Shown here piece after piece: positions 18,998 to 28,300 of a stretch of 60,011 bases of DNA (positions are counted from its first letter, which is position 1; each line of letters opens with the position of its first letter). Below the pieces are notes generated by a model. It did no database searches. It was given only the letters and a program-made list of their open reading frames with translations, and was not told where the DNA came from. The stretch comes from a virus (Duplodnaviria > Caudoviricetes): the IMG/VR virus record IMGVR_UViG_3300027806_000047, positions 1 through 60,011 of that record; one strand, written 5' to 3'. A program made the position numbers and the translations under genes.

Positions 18998-20845
18998 ATG
19001 CAAGACATCGTTGTGGACTTCGAGTCCTACTACTCCAAGAAGCAGGACATCAGCGCCGGCACCGTCGGCGTCGTGAACTACGTGCGCGACTCCTACGCCT
19101 ACATGGTGTCGGTCGTCGGGCCCGGCATCGAGTTCATCGGCACCGTCGAAGAGGCCCAGCGGCGATTCCCCGACTCGTTCTGGGAAGATCCCGGCAACCG
19201 CTTCTGGGCCGCCAACGCCAACTTCGACCAGCTCTGGGTCCAGCGGTATTGGCCCGACGCCAAGCGCATGAAGCCCTGGCACTGCATCCTCGACCGCGGG
19301 GCCACCGAGCAGCTTCCACAGAGCCTCTCCGGCATCGCCCGCGCCCTGTGGGGCAAGAAGGTGGACAAGTCGATCCGCGACTGGATGGACGGCAAGCACT
19401 ACAAGGACATCACCCCGGAGCAGCAGCAGGAGGTGCTCAACTACTGTCTCGAGGACGCGAAGGAGGAGCAGCACGTCCTGAAGTCCCTGCCGGAGCCCAC
19501 CAGCATCGAGCAGCAGATTGCGATGCACACCCGCATGGTCAACCTCCGGGGCGTCCGCATCGACGCTGGTCGCCTGAAGCAAGACCGCGAGGAGCTGTTG
19601 AAGCACCAGCACGACGCCTTCATGCGGATCCCCTGGCACAACGACGAGGCTCCGCTGTCGCACCTGGCCCTGTCGGCTTGGGCGACCGAGCAGGGCATTC
19701 CCGTGCCGGCTTCCCTGGCGAAAGACGACGAAGAGTGTGCGAGCCTGGTGGGAGCCCATCCGAAGCTCGGGGACGTGGTCGGAGCGATGCGGCAGTACCG
19801 GAAGGCGAACACCCTGATCCGGAAGATCGAGTCGGTCGAGGGGCGCATCACCGAGGATGGGACGATGGCCCTGGAGCTGATGTATTGCGGGGCCCGCCAC
19901 ACCCGGCGCTGGTCCTCCCGCGGCGTGAACGTGCAAAACCTCGACCGGGAGCCCTACTGGCTGACTCCCGACGGCAAGCCCGCCGAGGGCGCCTGGGACG
20001 TCTGGCCCCGGCGCTGGCTGATCCCCAGGGAGGGCAAGACCTTCCTGATCCTGGACTACGCCCAGATCGAGCCCCGGTGCCTCAACTGGCTGGTCGGCAA
20101 CGACGAGCTGCTCAACCTCATCCGCTCCGGGTTCGGCATCTACGAGGCCTACGCCCGGGTCTCCGGTCAATGGGGCGATCCGGCCCCGCTCAAGAAGGCC
20201 AACCCCGGCCTCTACAAGTCGGTGAAGGCCCAGGTGCTCGGCCTGGGGTACGGGATGGGTGCGGGACGGTACAAGGAGACGGCCGCAAAGGACGGCATCG
20301 TGCTGACCGACGAGGAAGCCAAGGCCACCGTGGACACCTGGCGCAAGCTGAACCCGAAGATCATCGAGTTCTGGCGGCAGATGGACGAGACGGTCAAGGC
20401 CGCGACGATGGATCGGGCGAAGCTGTTGGAGGTCGTAATGCCGACCGGCGACAAGCTGAGGCACTTCGGTGTCCGCCACTTCTCCAAGCCCATCACCGAC
20501 CCGGACACGGGCGAGGTCACCACAAAGCGCGGGTACGAGTCGTTCACCACCAAGGGCGACTTCACGCCGATGTCGAAGCAGCCCAATCTGTGGGGCGGCA
20601 CGCTGGCGGAAAACGTCACCCAGCGGATGGCGCGGGACGTCCTGGCCGAGGCCGTGATCCGACTGGAGAACGCGGGCCTTCCGGTGGTTTTCCACGCCCA
20701 CGACGAAGTCATCCTGGAGGTGGACATCGCCTCGAAGGAGGAGGCCAAGAGAGCCGCGGAGCAGATCCTTGGCGTAGCCCCGGCCTGGGCCCCGGACCTC
20801 CCCCTGGGCGTCGAGGGAGACTTCGCTGACACCTACGTCAAATGA
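18998..20845 (+). CDS. polA: family A DNA polymerase with 3'-5' exonuclease
   Basis: ExoI VDFESY, motif A DYAQIEPR, motif B KAQVLGLGYG, ENVTQRMARD, motif C HAHDE. Confidence 0.93.
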   Translation: MQDIVVDFESYYSKKQDISAGTVGVVNYVRDSYAYMVSVVGPGIEFIGTVEEAQRRFPDSFWEDPGNRFWAANANFDQLWVQRYWPDAKRMKPWHCILDRGATEQLPQSLSGIARALWGKKVDKSIRDWMDGKHYKDITPEQQQEVLNYCLEDAKEEQHVLKSLPEPTSIEQQIAMHTRMVNLRGVRIDAGRLKQDREELLKHQHDAFMRIPWHNDEAPLSHLALSAWATEQGIPVPASLAKDDEECASLVGAHPKLGDVVGAMRQYRKANTLIRKIESVEGRITEDGTMALELMYCGARHTRRWSSRGVNVQNLDREPYWLTPDGKPAEGAWDVWPRRWLIPREGKTFLILDYAQIEPRCLNWLVGNDELLNLIRSGFGIYEAYARVSGQWGDPAPLKKANPGLYKSVKAQVLGLGYGMGAGRYKETAAKDGIVLTDEEAKATVDTWRKLNPKIIEFWRQMDETVKAATMDRAKLLEVVMPTGDKLRHFGVRHFSKPITDPDTGEVTTKRGYESFTTKGDFTPMSKQPNLWGGTLAENVTQRMARDVLAEAVIRLENAGLPVVFHAHDEVILEVDIASKEEAKRAAEQILGVAPAWAPDLPLGVEGDFADTYVK

Positions 20846-21165
20846 GCACCACACCACGATCAGACCTCCGGCGAGAGATCGCCGACCTCGTCCGTCTCGG
20901 CGGACCCACCGTCGAGGCCTACCTCGACTACGCCAAGCGGTACGCTGGCCTGGCGTTCGACCACGCCCAGTCCTGTGCGTCCACGACATGGCCCCGCGAG
21001 CACGTCTGGGGAGTCCGTCTTCTGGCCGTCTTGAAGCTCCAGGAGGAGACGCCGGAGCGGCTCGAACAGAAGATCCAGGCGATTCACCTGAAGGCGAAGG
21101 TGAGCCACGTCATCCCTTGTCGCCACAGCATGTCCCTCTACGTTTTCGGGCCGGACGACCAATGA
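20842..21165 (+). CDS. hypothetical protein
   Basis: ATGA overlaps on both sides. Confidence 0.65.
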   Translation: MSTTPRSDLRREIADLVRLGGPTVEAYLDYAKRYAGLAFDHAQSCASTTWPREHVWGVRLLAVLKLQEETPERLEQKIQAIHLKAKVSHVIPCRHSMSLYVFGPDDQ

Positions 21166-21674
21166 AGATCATCGGACTCAGCGGGCGGAAACGCTCCGGC
21201 AAGGACACCGTCTACTCGATCATCCAGGAAGAAGCCGCGCACCGGCAACCCCACCGCGTGGCGTTCGCCGACCCGTTGAAGGAAGAGGTCTCGGCCCTCC
21301 TGAACGTGCCCGTCGCGGACCTGGAGGCCGACAAGGCACGGTTCCGCGGGATCCTGCAATGGTGGGGCACCGAGTGGCGTCGAGGGCAGAACCCCAACTA
21401 CTGGATCGACCTCACCCGGGCACGGATCCGCGCCTTGCGGGGGTCCACGGGCATGGTCGTCGTCACCGACGTGCGGTTTCCCAACGAGGCCGAGCTGATT
21501 GAGAGCATGGGGGGCACCGTCGTCAGGATCTCCCGACCCGAGGCCGACACTGTGGTAGACCCCCACTCGTCGGAGGTCGTGATGGACAGCTACCCGTTCC
21601 GGCACGTCATCCGGAACACGGGAACGCTCGACGAGCTTCGTCAGGCTGTGCGCTCGTTTTTGCTTCTCGCCTGA
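21162..21674 (+). CDS. deoxynucleoside monophosphate kinase
   Basis: IIGLSGRKRSGKDT, AFADPLK, RGILQWWGTE, VVTDVRFPNE. Confidence 0.9.
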   Translation: MKIIGLSGRKRSGKDTVYSIIQEEAAHRQPHRVAFADPLKEEVSALLNVPVADLEADKARFRGILQWWGTEWRRGQNPNYWIDLTRARIRALRGSTGMVVVTDVRFPNEAELIESMGGTVVRISRPEADTVVDPHSSEVVMDSYPFRHVIRNTGTLDELRQAVRSFLLLA

Positions 21675-21722
21675 CCGGCCTCCCATACCCTTGGGGCACC
21701 ATGCGACAGAAGGTTGTCGCCA

Positions 21723-22289
21723 ATGAAGCCCCCTTCCCTCGCCGTCCTTGGCATCGATCCAGGGCTGTCTGGTGCTGCCGTGCTCTACTCGCCGGTCACC
21801 AACGAGGTGATTGCTCGGCGGGACTTCAAGAGCCTGCGTGACGTCGCCTGCGCTGTCCGTGAACTCGGCGGCCAGGCGACGTTTGCCGTTTTGGAGTTCG
21901 TCTCCGCAAGGTCCGGGCAGGGCGTGACCTCGATGTTCCACTTCGGTCAGGCCGACGGGTGTGCGATTGGAGCCCTGGAGTCCATCGACCTGCCCTGGAT
22001 CGACGTCGTGCCGGTCGTTTGGCAGCGGTGGGTGCGGGAGTACCTGGGACTGCCTCCCGATGCGCCATTCGGGGCCTGTGAAGCGGCGTTGCAGGCTTTC
22101 AGCCCCGACCACCACTACCTCTTCAAGCGGTCGAAAGATCACAACACGGCCGACGCCTGTTTCCTGGCCCTGTACGGAGCCGTCCACGCTGACCTCCGCC
22201 TGAAAGCATCAGGGGGAGACAGCCAGTATCGCCGTCTCCCCCCGTTGAAAGAGCTGCTCCAGATGCAGGAGCAGCGCCGGTACGCCTAG
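21723..22289 (+). CDS. RuvC-like Holliday junction resolvase
   Basis: LGIDPGLSGA, LE.V.ARSGQGVTSMFHFG, V.P..W, ADACFLA. Confidence 0.85.
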   Translation: MKPPSLAVLGIDPGLSGAAVLYSPVTNEVIARRDFKSLRDVACAVRELGGQATFAVLEFVSARSGQGVTSMFHFGQADGCAIGALESIDLPWIDVVPVVWQRWVREYLGLPPDAPFGACEAALQAFSPDHHYLFKRSKDHNTADACFLALYGAVHADLRLKASGGDSQYRRLPPLKELLQMQEQRRYA

Positions 22290-24151
22290 ACGGCCGACAG
22301 TTCGCCGTCGTTCAGGGTGTCCAGGTGGGCCAGTTTCTCCTCGACCATCCGCGCCACCCGCTCCTCGACGGTGCCCGCCGCGAACACGATGCGCTGAAGG
22401 GACTTCGTCTTGCCGCCGGCACGGTGGACGCGGCCGAGGGCCTGCCGGAGGTCGATCGCGCTCCAGGTGGGCGAGATCAGCGCCATCCTCGGGTGGTTGC
22501 CGTTGAGGTCGTGCAAGGAGACGCCGACGCCGCCGGCCTTGATGTTGGCCACGATCACGCGAGCCTTGTCGGACTGGAAGGCGTCGATGGCCGCCTGACG
22601 CTCCTCGGGGGTCTGCTTGCCGTGGATCTGGACGACCGTGTTCTCCTTGCCCAGGTGCTCGCTGACGGCGTTCAGGCTCTCGTCGAAATTGACGAAGATC
22701 GCCACGCTCATGCCCTGCTCGATGGCGTCCTCGGCCATCTGGATCAGCGCCGGGATCTTGGCAAGCTCTGACGTCTGGCGAGCCCGGAGCAGCTTGGTCA
22801 GGTGGTGCTCAGGGTCGTGGAGCTTCTTGTCCGCGATCGCCGCCAATGCTTCGGCGACATCCTCGAACGCTCGGTTGATCAGCTCGGGCTTCGCCACGGT
22901 CACCAGTTCGGTCGCCACCTGGGTCTCGGGGAAGGCGTCGCCCAGGTCAGCCACGCGCACCCGGACGCCCTTCTTCGGGAAGATCTGGGCGTGGAGCGCC
23001 TGGAGGTGCTTGGTGTTGCCGTCGAACTCGTACCCGCCCCAGCGGTTGGCGAAGCACCCGTACTGCTCCACCCAGGCCCAGAAGCCCTTGTACCCGTGCA
23101 GGCCCAGAATGTAGCCCAGCGCCTTCATCTGGAGAGGGTTCGATGCAGCCGTGGCCGAGAGGGCAATGGTGGGGATGTTTTGGCGCTTTCCGCCGACCAC
23201 CAAGTGATGGTTCTGCGTCTTATGAGACTTGGCCCGGTGGACCTCGTCGAAGATGAGCCCATCGATGTCCTTGGCCCAGACAAAGGACTTCTTGGCGGGC
23301 GAGTCCCACTTGCCCAGGGGTGTGTTGCCGGTGCGAACCTTGTCCCAGTTGACCGCCCGGATGGTCACGCCGAGGTGCTTCGCCGCCCGCTCCCAGGAGG
23401 GCAGCACGGTCAGGGGAGCGACCACCACCGGAGAGATCCCGAGTTCGCGGAAGGCAGCCAGGGAGGTGTAGGTCTTGCCGGTGCCCACGTCCGAGGCATC
23501 GAGGGCGGCACCGAAGGACCGGATCGAAGCCACCAGGCCTTGAACGCTGGGGCCTTGGTAGGGCAGCAGGCCTTCCGGCCGAGCCAGGGGCTGGATGGAG
23601 TAGGGGACCTCGGCCGGCTTCGGGCGGGCCTCCACCTCGGCCTTCTCCCACCGACTCACCTGCCAGCCGTTGTACTGGCGGACGCTGTAGCCCTTGGCCA
23701 TCAGGTCGACCTTGGACCGTTTCCAGACGGTCCAGAAGGGGTGTCCTTGGGGGATCGGCGCGGACCAGACGTTGAAGGTACCCTTGGCAAGGGCGACCTG
23801 CTTCGGCCCCGTCCACTTGAGGCCCCAGCCTTCCTGGGTCTCAAAGGCGGCGACCTTGGCGCGGTCCCTAGCCTCCACGACGTCGGCGATGACGCGGGAG
23901 GACTGCTCGTCCTCAGTGAACTCGGGGATGTCGAGGTGGGCGAGCTGGGTGCGGCGGTAGGTCTGGAGCATCCGCCACGCGGCCTTGATCTGGCCGGAGG
24001 ACCACTGACCTACCTGATGGGCGAGGCTGTGGCCCAGACCTTGGTCTCGGCCGTTCCACCCGATTCCGTTGTCTTCGGCACAGCGGTCCTGGTTGCGTTG
24101 CGTGAGGAGTTGGACGCCAGCTTCGAGCTTGGCGATCAGGTCAGCGTTCAT
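22286..24151 (-). CDS. SNF2-like SF2 helicase
   Basis: DVGTGKT, IFDEVH, LSAT, QIHG, AGGVGVSL, QALGRVHRAG. Extra N-terminal domain. Confidence 0.9.
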   Translation of the reverse strand: MNADLIAKLEAGVQLLTQRNQDRCAEDNGIGWNGRDQGLGHSLAHQVGQWSSGQIKAAWRMLQTYRRTQLAHLDIPEFTEDEQSSRVIADVVEARDRAKVAAFETQEGWGLKWTGPKQVALAKGTFNVWSAPIPQGHPFWTVWKRSKVDLMAKGYSVRQYNGWQVSRWEKAEVEARPKPAEVPYSIQPLARPEGLLPYQGPSVQGLVASIRSFGAALDASDVGTGKTYTSLAAFRELGISPVVVAPLTVLPSWERAAKHLGVTIRAVNWDKVRTGNTPLGKWDSPAKKSFVWAKDIDGLIFDEVHRAKSHKTQNHHLVVGGKRQNIPTIALSATAASNPLQMKALGYILGLHGYKGFWAWVEQYGCFANRWGGYEFDGNTKHLQALHAQIFPKKGVRVRVADLGDAFPETQVATELVTVAKPELINRAFEDVAEALAAIADKKLHDPEHHLTKLLRARQTSELAKIPALIQMAEDAIEQGMSVAIFVNFDESLNAVSEHLGKENTVVQIHGKQTPEERQAAIDAFQSDKARVIVANIKAGGVGVSLHDLNGNHPRMALISPTWSAIDLRQALGRVHRAGGKTKSLQRIVFAAGTVEERVARMVEEKLAHLDTLNDGELSAV

Positions 24152-24161
24152 GTCGGACGCT

Positions 24162-24211
24162 TCAATAGCTGAAGCCGACGGACGTGTCCACAATTTTTAG
24201 GTGACGGACGT
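24162..24211 (-). promoter_or_regulatory. internal promoter for the helicase with GTCACCTAAA element
   Basis: GTCACCTAAAAATTG-TGGACA-N17-TATTGA-N10-ATG, same spacing as the promoter at 10695-10738. Confidence 0.45.
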
Positions 24212-24957
24212 CACCGGGTCATCTTCCGCACCAGCTCCTGGATGTCGGTGTCCTGAGACACCATCTGGTGCCGTCGCAATAGGTCCAGGACGACGGTCTT
24301 TGCCTTGTCGTCGAGGTCGGCGCGGTCCACGGCTTCCTTGAAAGCCTCGCCGCCCTTCACGACCTGCTCCAAGGCCCGCTTCACCGTGGCGGAGCCCACT
24401 CGGCCGGCCGCGGAGAGTCCGGAGACACCCAGGCCGACGACGGGATAGATGGCCCCGACGATCCGCAGGGCCGTCCAGAGCAGGAAGAGGAACAGCAGGA
24501 TCAGGCCGACCCAGAGGAAGTAGGGGATGCGGATCAGGCCCGTGCCCTCGATCTTCTTGCCGACCAAGGGCTCGACATCCCTTCGGTGCTCCGCTAGGGC
24601 CCGGTCCAGCTTGGCCTCAAGGAAGCCGAGCCGCAGGGCCATTTCCGCGCCGCTGTTCTCCCAGGGACTGAGCGGGGCCCCGAGGGAGTACCGCAGGCCG
24701 TGAGCAGCGTCCCGGGCGTCGGTGAGGGGCTCCAGGACGTTGGTGGAGGCGTTGACTCGAAGGGCCTGATCACGGCCCTGGTCGATCTTCTTGGCGACGA
24801 AGTCGGCGGCCTGCTTCTCGGCCTCGACCTGCCGGTCACTCTTCGTCGGAACTGGCTGGACTCGCTTTTGGCCCAGCTCCACGGGCTTCGGGACCAGGCA
24901 CCCTGCGACGGCCAAAGAGAGTGCCGCCAGCAGCACGATAATCTTGCCAGTCTGCAT
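24211..24957 (-). CDS. lipoprotein with a second TM segment (unimolecular spanin-like)
   Basis: Lipobox LAVAG-C, helical periplasmic part, TM YFLWVGLILLFLFLLW. Follows the holin. Confidence 0.55.
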   Translation of the reverse strand: MQTGKIIVLLAALSLAVAGCLVPKPVELGQKRVQPVPTKSDRQVEAEKQAADFVAKKIDQGRDQALRVNASTNVLEPLTDARDAAHGLRYSLGAPLSPWENSGAEMALRLGFLEAKLDRALAEHRRDVEPLVGKKIEGTGLIRIPYFLWVGLILLFLFLLWTALRIVGAIYPVVGLGVSGLSAAGRVGSATVKRALEQVVKGGEAFKEAVDRADLDDKAKTVVLDLLRRHQMVSQDTDIQELVRKMTR

Positions 24958-25129
24958 AGGCTTTGAGGATGCGGAGAAGTACGTGGACCACCATGAGGAC
25001 CACCAGGATGAGTTGAAAGGCCTTCATGGCGGCGTCGTAGGCCGATACCCCGTTGACGAAGGCCAGGATCGCCCCGCCCACGCCCGTGGTCGCTGCGGCA
25101 TCCTTCAGATCATGTGCGATCCGGTCCAT
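24836..25129 (-). CDS. putative holin
   Basis: 97 aa with two hydrophobic segments and a charged C-tail. Confidence 0.55.
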   Translation of the reverse strand: MDRIAHDLKDAAATTGVGGAILAFVNGVSAYDAAMKAFQLILVVLMVVHVLLRILKAYADWQDYRAAGGTLFGRRRVPGPEARGAGPKASPASSDEE

Positions 25130-25173
25130 GGGGGTAGTGTGAACAGCGCCGCGCATGGTGGGCAAGGGATGCT

Positions 25174-25374
25174 TTACTCCGGCTTCTGGTCGCTCTCAGA
25201 AGGAGCCGCGAACCCAGCGGCTTTCGCTCGCCGGTACTTCAGCCGCTCTTCCGGGGTAAGCGGGGCACCCGACCTCATCTTCAGCTCCGCGTAAGCGGCG
25301 AACGACTGCAGAGCGTCCTCCTCTGGAGTCGTGTCCGGAGGGTCTTTGGAGAAGTCGGCGGGAAAGGCGCTCAT
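25174..25374 (-). CDS. hypothetical protein
   Basis: ATGA-coupled to the giant protein stop. Confidence 0.6.
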   Translation of the reverse strand: MSAFPADFSKDPPDTTPEEDALQSFAAYAELKMRSGAPLTPEERLKYRRAKAAGFAAPSESDQKPE

Positions 25375-28300
25375 GGCTTCAGTGTAAATCGCTTGAGGGT
25401 GCTGCCGTCCAGGCCCTCAGTGTAGTACTGCTTGGCCCGTACCTGCGCCAGCACCGCGTCCGGCGTGATGTCAGAATGTTGGAGCAGATCGTGAGTCAAA
25501 TCCAGACTGGAGTGTCCGACCGCCTCGTTCTTGATCGCGTTCCACCCCAACGTCGGCGATCCGCCGACGTTGGGGTGGTTGCCCAGCAGGTTTTTGATGT
25601 CCTGGGACCGATCGATGGCCGCCTGGAGTACCGTTTCCATCCCCTCGTAAAACGCGAGGGAGAAAGTAGGATCGGCGTTTTCGATCGGCCCATAACCGCC
25701 GTAGATGCTTGCGACATCCTCGGGGGTGCCGGTGCTGGTGTACTTGAAGTAGTCCTGCGGGGCCTTGCCGAACTGCCCCATGAAGAACTCGACGAACTTC
25801 CAGCGGTCCATGATCAGACCAGGGATGCCGAAGGTGAGGCCAACGAACCGCTGGACCTTGTTTTTGATGCCGACCGATCCGCGGTTGAGGGACCAGAAGC
25901 GGCGCCCCATCTCGCGGGAGGAGGGCGTGGCGTAAACGTCGGAGACTTTGTCCCAAGCCCCGTTCCACCGGGACAGCATCAAATAGAACGAATTGGCGTT
26001 CGAGGTCGCCGAATTGCCGAGCAGGTTGCCCGGCTGCGCGGTCGCCTTGTAGGCCCGAGAAACGATGGCGTTCCAGGCATCCTGAGTGAAGTCGGGGCCG
26101 AGGGTTCCGTCGATGGACTTCTGGATGTGCTCCAAGACCTCCGGTTGAGAAACTAGCCGAAGCCACGACGCCTCCTGGTGGATGGGGGCAAGGCGGCGAG
26201 ACAGCACCCCCCACAGGTGGTGCATCGCAGCCACCATGGGCGGAGGAGCCACGAACTGCGATGCGCCTTGGACGCGGGCCTGTATCGCCTGCCGCATCGC
26301 CACGGTGCTGTCCAAGCCGGACATGGCTGCCGCAAGGGTGCCGGCAGCGGTCTTCGGGCCGTGGTAAGCTCCAGTAACCAGGGCGACGTACTGTTGCGGG
26401 TTGTTGAGGAGCAACTCAGCCCCCGGCGGCGGCATCAGCACGTTGCCGGAGACGCCCGCCGTACGCATGAACTCGACGTATCCTGCGGGGTCGACAAACC
26501 GCGTCGGGTCGTTCCGCACCCGGTCGACAGCGGCGTCCAACCGCCCAAAAAACACCTTCTGCAGCTCGGTCTGGTTTTTGGCTCCAGCCAAAGAGTTCTT
26601 TGGCAGACTCTTGGCCAGCGTCGGCATCGTGTAGGAGACCAGCGGGACCAAGTCTTGCTTGCTTTGCGAAAGCTCCTTGAGCTTGGCGCGAAGGGCTTTC
26701 TTCTCTTCCTTCGTAGCAGCCGCGGCCATCGCAGTATTCACCTCCGCCATCTCGTCGGCGATGGCGGACATGCCCATTTTTTCCGCTTTCACGGTCGCCC
26801 CAGGGACCCGGACCAAGTACTTCGGGTCCGGGGTGACCGCAGGGCTGAAACGAATGTCTTCCTTTGCTTGGTCGAACCGCTGCGACAGCGGGATGACGTT
26901 GCCGGCGTCGTCGCGGGTGATGGGGTCGGCGGATTTGATCTGGGTTGGGTCGAAGGCAACGTATTCTGTACCTCCTTTGAATCCAGGCGCATCCTGAGTC
27001 CTAATAATAGCCCCATCAAACCCATCTTGCTTTGCCTTCATTCTGAACAGTCTCGCCTTCGCTACGGTATCCAATGCGGACTGCTCTCTTTCTGAGAGTT
27101 CAATCGGGTTTTCAATGCGCAGGAAATACGGAGCAGTGTTTCCGTATTGAGACGCGGTTTCTTCTGAATCAGAGAAGAATGAACCAAGTGCTGACGATTC
27201 GTGCCTTGATGTCTTCTCTCCGGCGCGAACGTTGAACACCGTCGGCTTTGCTCCACCATGCCACACCGGCCCAACCGTGTACCCCGCCTTTACCGCCGCC
27301 TCATCGACCATCCGCTGCGCGGCAGCCGTGTCGCCCTTCTGCACCGCCGAGAGGTAGGCGGCGTCCTGCTCCGGAGTGATCTTCGGGCTGAAGAGGAGGT
27401 CCTTCTCGGTCGAGAGGCGCTCGACGGTGGCGACGCGGTTCGCGTTGTCAGTGTAGGTCTCGACCGCGAGGCCCGCCTGCCTGAGAGCGTCCACGACCTC
27501 AGGCGAGGTGGACTCCGGCACCACGGCGGCCCGGAACTCGTTCAGGGTCACGGCGCGTTGCGGCTTCGCCTCGAAGTACTCCGTCGGGGCGGTGGCCAGC
27601 TTCGTCGCGAAGTCCCGGACCGCCTTCACCAGGCTGTCTGGGACACGCTTGAACCCTGCCGCCGATAGGAGGGCTCCGGTCGTGGCAGGGCGCTTGGCGG
27701 CCTTGCCGACGGCCTCGGACAGGCGGTCAAGGCGCTCGAACGCGCCCGCCTCCGGGTTGAAGTACTGGAGCCTGTCCGACAGCTCCGAGAACTCCCGCGA
27801 CTGGGCGTCCTTGAACGCCCGCATGCTTTCGCTGTCGGTTAGCGAGCCCCTCTCAGAGCGCACGGCTTCCAAGCTGGGAAGCGCCTTGGCCGAGTCGGAG
27901 CGGGCCTTACCGAGCGAGTAGGTCATGCCCCTCTCGCGAGCCCGGGGGTCGCCCGACATCTCCTCGACCAGGGTGTCGAGAGCGTAGGGCTTCTTGGTGC
28001 GGCCGGAGAGCAGCTTCTGGTCGGTCTCGAAGGTGTCGGCAACCAGACCGTCCACCCACTGCTCGAACTCGGCCTTGAGAGGTGTGAGCTGCTCGCGGAT
28101 CCAGTCCTGGATGCCGTACCTGTCGATTTCCTGCTCGTTCTTCGCGACGGTGGCCAGATCGTCCACGATGTCGCTGATGTAGCGAAACGGGAACGGAGTG
28201 CCTCGGGCACCGTAGGACTTTTCCATGAGCCCGTTCAGGCGCTGCTTTTGCTCCTCGGTGATGCCTTCCAGATCGCTCATCCGCCCCGCGACCGCCAGGT

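Noticed and set aside
16827-20989. Long antisense and alternate-frame ORFs (718, 666 and 646 aa) over primase and PolA
   Set aside because: Shadow ORFs expected from high-GC codon bias. They have no motifs, while the + strand genes have full catalytic motifs.
8362-21674. ThyX plus dNMP kinase as a DNA hypermodification pathway
   Set aside because: Ordinary dTTP supply genes. No hydroxymethylase, PurZ or queuosine-pathway genes were recognised.
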